From the NCBI GenBank assembly GCA_034926225.1, contig JAYFRF010000006.1, positions 42,501 through 106,500 on the forward strand: a stretch of 64,000 bases of DNA, in the 5' to 3' direction. Each line of letters opens with the position of its first letter. Position 1 is the stretch's first letter. This DNA comes from Clostridiaceae bacterium. Its GTDB lineage: Bacteria; Bacillota; Clostridia; Oscillospirales; QAMX01. Shown here in pieces: positions 28,796-36,331 of the stretch. Made by a program: the position numbers and the translations under genes. A model generated the notes under the pieces. It ran no database searches. It was not told the origin of the DNA and worked only from the letters and a program-made list of their open reading frames with translations.

Positions 28796-29503
28796 ATGGT
28801 ACTGGATTTTCCGCGGATGCTCTCTCTTTTACGTCAGGAGAAAGGCGTCAGCCAGCGAGAAGCGGCGACCTCTCTGAGCGTATCGCAGGCATTGCTGTCC
28901 CATTACGAAAAGGGTTCGCGGGAGCCGGGCTATGCCTTTCTGATCCGTGCAGCGGGCTACTACGGCGTATCGACGGACTACCTTTTAGGCCGTACGATGC
29001 AACGGGGGTCCTCGCCAAACGATGCCGCCAAGGCCGCGGCAGCCGACGGGGAAGATCGTGATAAGACGGGACAGCAGATGGAGACGCTGCGGGAGACATA
29101 CGCGCTCCTCTGCGCGCTTTTCACCCGGGCTGGCGCATCCCGCTTCACCGACGCCGCCGCGCAGTATATGGCCGTCTCCGCCTACAAGGTCATGCGCTAC
29201 GCCTTCCTCGCCAACGGGAAATCCGCGCAGGAGCTGTTCGCGGCCTCCGGCACGACGTTTTCCGAGCTGTCGGACATGCAGATCAAGCGTGCGGAGGCAA
29301 CCTTGCGTGAGTATGCCGAAGCCGCCGCCCACAGCCGCCACGAGCCCTCCGACGCCCCCGTGCCCGCCATCAGCCGCGATACCCTCTCCCATGAATACGC
29401 CCCCCTTGCCGATTCCGTCTTAACCCTTCTTCACGCCGTCGACGAGCAGCTGCTGGAGGCCGCTCTTGGAAGCACCGCGAAAAAAAGCGAAAAAAGCTCT
29501 TGA
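28796..29503 (+). CDS. XRE-family HTH transcriptional regulator
   Basis: LRQEKGVSQREAA...SQALLSHYEKGSREP...YYGVSTDYLLGR. Confidence 0.92.
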   Translation: MVLDFPRMLSLLRQEKGVSQREAATSLSVSQALLSHYEKGSREPGYAFLIRAAGYYGVSTDYLLGRTMQRGSSPNDAAKAAAADGEDRDKTGQQMETLRETYALLCALFTRAGASRFTDAAAQYMAVSAYKVMRYAFLANGKSAQELFAASGTTFSELSDMQIKRAEATLREYAEAAAHSRHEPSDAPVPAISRDTLSHEYAPLADSVLTLLHAVDEQLLEAALGSTAKKSEKSS

Positions 29504-29555
29504 CAAATGTATGCCGTTCTGTTATAATAGTCAACGTTGACTCCGAAAAATCTGT

Positions 29556-29631
29556 GCTGGTGTAGCTCAATCGGCAGAGCAGCTGATTTGTAATCAGCAG
29601 GTTGCTGGTTCGATTCCGGTCACCAGCTCCA
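29556..29631 (+). tRNA. tRNA-Thr (TGT)
   Basis: Cloverleaf, loop TTTGTAA, GGTTCGATT, 3' CCA; promoter TTGACA/TATAAT upstream. Confidence 0.97.
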
Positions 29632-29681
29632 AATTTCCTTTCCCCGGCGCAGGGTTTCTCGGATGTATGACAACTGAATAT

Positions 29682-29766
29682 GGGAGGATTCCCGAGCGGC
29701 CAAAGGGGGCAGACTGTAAATCTGTTGTCTATGACTACGATGGTTCGAATCCATCTCCTCCCACCA
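29682..29766 (+). tRNA. tRNA-Tyr (GTA)
   Basis: Loop CTGTAAA, long variable arm, GGTTCGAATCC, 3' CCA. Confidence 0.97.
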
Positions 29767-29823
29767 AGGTAAAAAGTCCTGATTTTCGTTCAAAACGAGT
29801 GAAAATCAGGACTTTTTTGTTCC
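29724..29823 (+). repeat. attL: 100-bp direct repeat (tRNA-Tyr 3' half + terminator)
   Basis: 98/100 identical to 35384-35483. Confidence 0.95.
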
Positions 29824-30063
29824 GTGCATTTCTACGGAATCGCGCGCGAGTATCGGATGGTGTCAGATAATCATATCTTTTAGTCGTCAAATTGTCGTCA
29901 GTCGGTAACCGCCCAATAAAACTGCGTCTATAATAAAGTCCGACAGACTGATACAATAAACACGGAAACTTAAGTCACCCAAAATGGAGCAGGTGAGAAC
30001 GCTAAGCCACTCCAAATTGGAGTGTTTGAGTTACCTGAATCAGTCTGATTGGAGTAAATGAGA

Positions 30064-30196
30064 ATGGACAAAGTCACATTGCTCAAGCGGGAAGGTGCAG
30101 GCATCCGTATGGACGGAGCGGATCAGGGCATGCCAAAGCAGCGGAATGTCCGTCGTACGCTGGTGCGAAGAAAGCGGTATCAATCCGAAGACATAT
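30064..30196 (+). pseudogene. IS66 family accessory protein TnpA remnant
   Basis: WTERIRACQSSGMSVVRWCEESGINPKTY; frameshifted from start MDKVTLLK. Confidence 0.75.
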
Positions 30197-30265
30197 GTGT
30201 TCGCAAAGGGCGACCGCGTGGAGGCCGCGAAGGCCGCCGGCGCCGACTATGTCGGCGATATGGAC
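30197..30265 (+). pseudogene. rplA: Ribosomal protein L1 internal fragment
   Basis: VFAKGDRVEAAKAAGADYVG matches the L1 motif VFAKG..A.EA.AAGADYVG. Confidence 0.7.
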
Positions 30266-30335
30266 CAAACCCGCCGCCGAGAAAGGTCAGTATATCCGCT
30301 CCTGCGTCGTCGCGTCGACGATGGACCCCGTTCCC

Positions 30336-31481
30336 CTATTCGCGTCGCTCGCCGTACTTCTTCGCGGAAAGCAGCATCTGCGCGACGTTCTCCGGCGGAA
30401 CGTCCTCCTGGATGTTATGTGCGGCGGCGAAGATATAGCCGCCGTTCACGTTCAGCGCCTCCACCGTCTTTTGCACCTCGCGGTCGACGTCCGCGCTCGT
30501 GCCGTGGGGCAGCACGTCCTGCGTGTCGAGGCCGCCGTGGAACACGACGCGGTCCCCGTACGCGGCTTTCAGGCGCCCGGGGGCCATCCCCTCCGCGCGC
30601 GGCTGGATCGGGTTTAAAATCTCGACGCCGCAGTCGATCAAGTCGGGCACGAGCGGGGACACCGCGCCGCACGAGTGGTGCAGATAGGAAGCCTTCGTGA
30701 ACTTCTTCGTGAACGCGATGCGTTCCTTATAGTACGGCGCGACCATCTCCCGCCACATAGAACGCGAGACGAAAAGGCTCCTCTGCGTCGCGAAGTCGTC
30801 GCCCGAGGACGTGTAGTGGATATACGGCCCGACCGCGCCGTAGTACCGCGAGAGTACGGCCTTTTGATACGCGAGGATCCGGTCGAAGAACGCCGTGATG
30901 AAGTCCGGGTCGAGCGCCATCTTGATCATGAAGTCCTCGAACCCGCACATCCAGCAGCCGAGCTCGAACACGCCGTACACCGGATGCTCGGCGCAGACCA
31001 CGTAGTCGGTCTCCTCAAAGAGATATTTCGCGCGTTCGCGGCAGGCATCGATCTCGGCAGAGTCAATCGACGCGGGGTCCGGCCAGTCGTAGTGGTCGAG
31101 GTCCTCTGCCGCCGCGCCTTTTAAAGGTGTCGTGACGATGTTCCAGTACCGCCCGTCGAACACGCGGCGCATACCCCATTCGTCGATATACTCGGTCGAG
31201 GAAATGCGGCGGTAAGTCGAGCCGCGGGGTTTGAATATCTTGCCGACCGCGCGCGTATCGGTGTCGAACGCGGTCAGGATGCGTTCGTCGATCCGTCCCG
31301 CGACGCCGAAGAGCGCCGGCGCGTCGTCTCGCTTTTCCGGAGTATACCCGAGATAGGAAAGAAGGAACTCCTGGCTGCGGCCCTCCATGCAGGAGAGCGG
31401 ATTTCCGCCGAAATCGACGATCATACGGTCCGGCGTGCGGTGGGCAAGCGTCGCCGCGAAGTTTTCGCGCCGCGTCATCAT
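30336..31481 (-). CDS. Uroporphyrinogen decarboxylase / MtaA-CmuA superfamily protein
   Basis: DEWG, GDDFATQ, HHSCG, NPIQP, FHGGLDTQ, GGYIFAAAHNIQEDVPPEN. Confidence 0.9.
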   Translation of the reverse strand: MMTRRENFAATLAHRTPDRMIVDFGGNPLSCMEGRSQEFLLSYLGYTPEKRDDAPALFGVAGRIDERILTAFDTDTRAVGKIFKPRGSTYRRISSTEYIDEWGMRRVFDGRYWNIVTTPLKGAAAEDLDHYDWPDPASIDSAEIDACRERAKYLFEETDYVVCAEHPVYGVFELGCWMCGFEDFMIKMALDPDFITAFFDRILAYQKAVLSRYYGAVGPYIHYTSSGDDFATQRSLFVSRSMWREMVAPYYKERIAFTKKFTKASYLHHSCGAVSPLVPDLIDCGVEILNPIQPRAEGMAPGRLKAAYGDRVVFHGGLDTQDVLPHGTSADVDREVQKTVEALNVNGGYIFAAAHNIQEDVPPENVAQMLLSAKKYGERRE

Positions 31482-31676
31482 AAAAATCCCTCCGAAAGCG
31501 GTTTTATCGTATTATATCACGGAATTGCGGGGCCGTCTACTGTAGAAAACAATGACTTGACATTCACTCGTTACTAAAAGAGCCGTGCCTACCGAATCCT
31601 TCCGGTAGGCGCGGCGCTTGGTATCCATTCAAATATCCTCCTTGACATATATAAAATTCTGATATATACTGACAGT

Positions 31677-31744
31677 ACCATTAGTTTCTTGTGAGATAGC
31701 CTTCCCCTTCATCCGCCCCGGTTGCCGCCGGAGCGGAATTTTTT
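31677..31744 (+). ncRNA. Candidate ~68-nt small RNA
   Basis: TTGACA-17-TATACT (31642/31665), CU-rich body, terminator TCCGCCCCGG...CCGGAGCGGA + T-run, no ORF. Confidence 0.5.
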
Positions 31745-31878
31745 GCGTCGTGGATGATGCCGATAACCTTCGCGCAGAAATCGGAATATTTGTTTATGAG
31801 CCAGTTGAATCCTCTGCTTGCTTTTCTTTCAGCAACATGATATCATGGAAACAGTAACCGGAAACGGAACAGAGGAGT

Positions 31879-33132
31879 GTGACTGCTATGCGTTGTAATG
31901 CAAAAGATACAGCAATTATCCGTGATTTGGCAAAGCATTACATGGAAATCGCCAATTCTGAAAGACACCGAAAAATGAATCAGCGATTCCGCGACACCAA
32001 CGATCTGAAGATTGTTCGTCCGCCTCTGCTGATCGATGAAATACCGTGGCAGCAGATGAATTTCGACGGCTCACTGACCTGTATCTGTGAAGACGAAAGC
32101 CTTCGCCGGATCGAATACAGTTTCCGTATGAATCTGTTCCGTGATAAATATTTCAAATGCGACAATTTCATTATTCCATTCTGGGGCATCAGAAAATCAT
32201 ACTCTTCAACAGGCAACGGTTTCAACATACGGGAAAACATCATACGTGCCGAAAATACAGATATTCAGTCGCATCATTTCTTTGATATGATTCCGGACGA
32301 AGCGGCTCTGGAGGCATTCCATCTGCCCGTGATTACTCCGCATCCCGAAGAAGACGCCGAGAACATGGCAAAAATGCAGGAATTGTTCGGTGATACGATT
32401 CCGGTGGTATTGGAAGGCGAAAGCATAATATATCATGCGCCGTGGGATGTCATTCCTCGTCTGCACGGCGTGGACAATGTTCTGTATGATATTTATGATC
32501 GTCCTGAATTTCTGCACAAGATAATCGGACTGTTCACAGATGCTGCCCGTGCCGAAATGGATCAGAAAGAAAAGTTCGGTCTATACACTTCCGGCAATGT
32601 GGGACTGCACTGTACCCCCGGTTTTGTCACACTTCCCGAAGGAAAGAGCCCCGAAAACGGCACGTGCTGCACAACATGGTTCCGCACGATGGCGCAGATG
32701 TTCTCATCGATCTCCCCTGCCGCACATGAAGAATTCGATCTGCAGTATTCCCGTCCGCTGGCCGAACGCTGCGCCTATACGTATTACGGCTGCTGTGAAC
32801 CGCTGCATGACAGACTCGACTACATTAAAAAATATAAGAATCTCCGCAAGGTCGGTGCCAGTCCGTGGGCCAATGTAGAAAGCACCGCCGTGCAGCTCGG
32901 TCATGATTATGTGATGTCACGCAAGCCAAATCCCGCTCACGTTGCCATCAAGACCGATCCCGAGGTCATTCGCAAGGAGATCACGGAAACCGTGAAAGCC
33001 GCACAGAAATACGGCTGTCCCTGCGATATCACACTGAAAGATATCTCGACCGTCAGCAACCGTCCCGAGAATCTGATCGTATGGGCTGAAACGGCTTCCG
33101 AGGTTCTGGACGAATATTACGGCGAAGAATAA
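31879..33132 (+). CDS. URO-D superfamily-like hypothetical protein
   Basis: YDIYDRPEFLH, ISPAAHEEF, YYGCCEPLH, SPWAN, SRKPNP. Confidence 0.8.
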   Translation: MTAMRCNAKDTAIIRDLAKHYMEIANSERHRKMNQRFRDTNDLKIVRPPLLIDEIPWQQMNFDGSLTCICEDESLRRIEYSFRMNLFRDKYFKCDNFIIPFWGIRKSYSSTGNGFNIRENIIRAENTDIQSHHFFDMIPDEAALEAFHLPVITPHPEEDAENMAKMQELFGDTIPVVLEGESIIYHAPWDVIPRLHGVDNVLYDIYDRPEFLHKIIGLFTDAARAEMDQKEKFGLYTSGNVGLHCTPGFVTLPEGKSPENGTCCTTWFRTMAQMFSSISPAAHEEFDLQYSRPLAERCAYTYYGCCEPLHDRLDYIKKYKNLRKVGASPWANVESTAVQLGHDYVMSRKPNPAHVAIKTDPEVIRKEITETVKAAQKYGCPCDITLKDISTVSNRPENLIVWAETASEVLDEYYGEE

Positions 33133-33199
33133 TCAATTTAGCATGATGGCCACAAACAACATGATTATAATGATCTGCCCCATTACCCTCTCCCCCTCT

Positions 33200-33778
33200 C
33201 CCTGAGCACCACATCCATCCGCACGACCATCCATACCGCGACGATTAAGACTACCGCGACCGCAAGTAGTGTAGCCACGACAAAGGCGACCACGGCGGCG
33301 ACAACCAGGAACAGCTGTCATCCATGCGGAAGCGGTAGACGGGACGATCAAGAGCAACAGTGTCACGATAACGGTCAAGAGCGATATGATCTCGTCTTCC
33401 GTTTCGTCTTTCGTTTCGTGTTCTGTTTCGTCGGACGATTACAATGCGTCTTGCGCGGATTATACGTACAAGGAGCTTGCCAGAGACCCGTCAAAGTATG
33501 AGGGGCTATTGTGTCATGTCCATGGGGAAGTGATTCAGGTACTGGAAGATGGTTTAGACGTGACGCACCGCATCAACATCACAAAAGATGATTACTATTG
33601 GAAGGATACGATCATAGTCACTTACACACGAAAAAGCTCTACGGAATCACGTATTCTCGAGGATGACATCGTAGACGTTTATGGCACCTTTTCTGTCATG
33701 TATACTTACAAAAGCGTTATAGGGGGAGATGTAACCGTACCGATGATCAGTGCAAAGTATGTTGTATTGTCGGAATAA
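33200..33778 (+). pseudogene. Truncated surface/lipoprotein remnant (Thr-rich linker, partial Ig-like strand, YKELARDP domain)
   Basis: No RBS/start; Thr-rich frame shifts into GTAVIHAEAVDGTIKSNSVTITV, in frame with ORF 33386-33778. Confidence 0.55.
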
Positions 33779-33919
33779 TACGAATACAATGAGTATCCTA
33801 CCGGGAGCGGCATGCTCTGCGGGGTACTATAAATTTTAGGGGCGTGTTTCGGGATACGAGCGGTACAATAAAACGAGGATTCGAGAAATTTTTGCACGGA
33901 TTTTTCTTGATGATTTTAA

Positions 33920-34096
33920 GGAACCTCTGATTAAATCCGCCCTAGCCATAAGGTTTTAAAAGTGGTAAAATAGACGCAGCAAGACAGGGGCGGTGCGGAA
34001 AAATTAAAAAAGCAGCAGACCTTCACTGATTTTGAATATCCTTTTTTCCACGCTATTGCGGGTTCCGCTCATTTAGCGCATTTGTTCAGAGGTTCC
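33920..34096 (+). mobile_element. IS5-family internally deleted element (MITE-like, 177 bp)
   Basis: TIRs GGAACCTCTGATTAAAT / ATTTGTTCAGAGGTTCC, flanks TTAA/TTAG, residual transposase start KQQTFTDFEY. Confidence 0.8.
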
Positions 34097-34132
34097 TTAG
34101 AATAATATCATAAATAATCAAGGAGATAAAAG

Positions 34133-34993
34133 ATGGATACTTTATACGATGTAGCGATAATCGGATGTGGGCCGGCAGGGATTTCGGCAGCTATCAACTG
34201 TAAAGTAAGGAACAAAAATATAATCTTCTTCGGGTCGGAGTTCTGCACGGCAAAAATGTATAAGTCGCCGCAGATATTTAACTACTTGGGTTATCCCAAT
34301 ATCACAGGCGCGGAACTGAGGGAACTGTTTATTAAGCATGCCTTGGAAGCGGGCGCCGAGTTCACAAAAGAAAAAGTCACCATGGTTGTCCCTATGGGCG
34401 ATGAGTTCAGCATTGCAGGAGCTAATGACATCTATAGGGCAAAAGCCGTAATTCTCGCTACCGGAATAACCTTCAAAAAAGCAATAAAAGGCGAATCAGA
34501 GTTTTTGGGCAAGGGTGTCGGCTACTGCGCAACCTGCGACGCACCTTTGTATAGGGGCAAGACTGTTGCGATGCTGGCCTATGATAAAGAAGCCGAAGAG
34601 GAAGCAAACTTCCTTTCCGAAATCTGCAAAAAAGTCTACTTCGTTCCGCTTTATAAGGATATGGGCACACTAAACGAAAAAATAGAAGTCGTAAAAGATA
34701 CCCCAGTTGAGATTATTGGCGAAAACAAAGTCACACACCTTGTTCTTAAAAACTCTAAAATCGAAGTCGACGGAGTATTCGTAATAAAAGAAGTTGCTTC
34801 CCCCGAACAGCTTGTCCCTGGTGTGGAGATGGATGGTCCGCATATAAAGGTTAATCGAAACATGGAAACCAATATCGAAGGCTTATACGCTGCGGGCGAC
34901 TGCGCGGGCAAACCCTATCAACTTTCCAAAGCAGGCGGCGAAGGGCAGCTGGCGGCGCTAAACGCAATAAATTATATAGACAGTAAGAAATGA
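34133..34993 (+). CDS. trxB: Thioredoxin reductase-like FAD/NAD(P) oxidoreductase
   Basis: IIGCGPAG, ILATG, GVGYCATCDA (CxxC), GLYAAGDC; AAGGAG RBS. Confidence 0.85.
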   Translation: MDTLYDVAIIGCGPAGISAAINCKVRNKNIIFFGSEFCTAKMYKSPQIFNYLGYPNITGAELRELFIKHALEAGAEFTKEKVTMVVPMGDEFSIAGANDIYRAKAVILATGITFKKAIKGESEFLGKGVGYCATCDAPLYRGKTVAMLAYDKEAEEEANFLSEICKKVYFVPLYKDMGTLNEKIEVVKDTPVEIIGENKVTHLVLKNSKIEVDGVFVIKEVASPEQLVPGVEMDGPHIKVNRNMETNIEGLYAAGDCAGKPYQLSKAGGEGQLAALNAINYIDSKK

Positions 34994-35069
34994 CAAAGCA
35001 TTGAAACTCCCGGATAATCGTTAGCGGAGGTAAACCATATCACCACTACAAATAACGTTTTGCAAAAAG

Positions 35070-35509
35070 GAGACAACGCTCGGCACTTGGAAGATCGTCA
35101 TCAATGGCGGTAAAGGCAGCCGGCGTACATTGCCGATCGGCACTCAGCTTTCATGTTTGATTCAGAAAGCTGCCGTGGGGCATGATAAGGATGAGTATAT
35201 TACCCACACCCCGGGGAGATTGCCGTACACACCCGCCAATTTCACGCACCACAGGTATAACCCTGTCATGGACGCGTTCACCGCCTCTCATCCGGAGATC
35301 CCGCGACTGTCGCCCCATGAGCTGCCGAGGACATCTATGCGGTGTCAAAGTACCTCGGTCATGCGAATATTTCCATCACGACAGTTGTCTATGACTACGA
35401 TGGTTCGAATCCATCTCCTCCCACCAAGATAAAAAGTCCTGATTTTCATTCAAAACGAGTGAAAATCAGGACTTTTTTGTTCCACATGCTCGTTGGCTTA
35501 AGCGGCTGA
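35070..35509 (+). pseudogene. Tyrosine integrase C-terminal remnant reading into attR
   Basis: KGSRRTLPI...RLSPHEL, frameshift, DIYAVSKYLGHANISITTVVY. Confidence 0.82.
35384..35483 (+). repeat. attR: duplicated tRNA-Tyr 3' half + terminator
   Basis: 98/100 identical to 29724-29823. Confidence 0.95.
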
Positions 35510-35611
35510 CAAGGGGATTGCTTTACATACTCATAGGCAGCATTCACAAAAAGCTACATAAATTAATAGGATATAATGCCGTCATATATTAATTGTATGT
35601 AGGTGAATATC

Positions 35612-36079
35612 ATGAAAAACAATTTCGAGCAAATACGCTTGAATATTAGAAATAGACTCTATAATTTTATTGGTTCAGGTTCCGGAAGATGTGTTTTTGA
35701 TATTGGCAATGGATATGTTGTGAAGGTGGCTAAAAACAGAAAAGGGTTAGCGCAAAACGAGGTTGAAATTGAAATATCATCCGTTGATCGCTCTGGTCTG
35801 TTTGCAAAAATCCTGCAATATTCGGAAGATTCTAATTTTTTGATTATGCAGAAAGCAGAAAAAATAGAAAGCATGTCGGAGGTTTGGGCTTATTTCGGTG
35901 TTAAACGAAGCAGTGAATTTTACCGCCTTGATGTATTGCGAACTATTGCTGATAAGCACAACTTATTGCTAAGGGATTTGGGCAGGCCTGTAAATTGGGG
36001 AAAAATCAATGATAAACCCGTCATTATCGATTATGGCTTTACGCGGAATGTTATGAAAAAATATTATTCTTTTTTCTAA
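35612..36079 (+). CDS. Small protein-kinase-like hypothetical protein
   Basis: IGSGSGR Gly loop, VVKVA, NEVE, RDLGRPVNWG, IIDYG; AT-rich. Confidence 0.7.
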   Translation: MKNNFEQIRLNIRNRLYNFIGSGSGRCVFDIGNGYVVKVAKNRKGLAQNEVEIEISSVDRSGLFAKILQYSEDSNFLIMQKAEKIESMSEVWAYFGVKRSSEFYRLDVLRTIADKHNLLLRDLGRPVNWGKINDKPVIIDYGFTRNVMKKYYSFF

Positions 36080-36331
36080 CCTGGAGTGCCGTGAGATGAC
36101 ACCTTTACTATGAAGTGTTAATCGTTTCAAAGAAAGGATGCTCCGCTAACCACCGGCGGAGCATCCGCTCCCTCAGCCCGCCTGGCAACCGGAGCACCCC
36201 CTCCCCCCCGGCGGAGTCGATATCTCCCCTTTGCCGCGTGATCCTGCGCCGCGCCGCTTGCAATCGCAGCGGAAATTTGGTACAATAGAAGCATACCCTA
36301 CGTGAAAACCTTGGAAAACAGGAGAAACTTC

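Larger units (their letters stand above)
29724..35483. mobile_element. Decayed ~5.7 kb genomic island integrated at tRNA-Tyr
   Basis: Flanking 100-bp direct repeats, integrase remnant, IS66 and IS5 remnants, mosaic base composition. Confidence 0.88.

Noticed and set aside
29667-29870. 67-aa ORF across tRNA-Tyr as an independent gene
   Set aside because: It is the tRNA read in frame; relevant only as the alternative integrase tail
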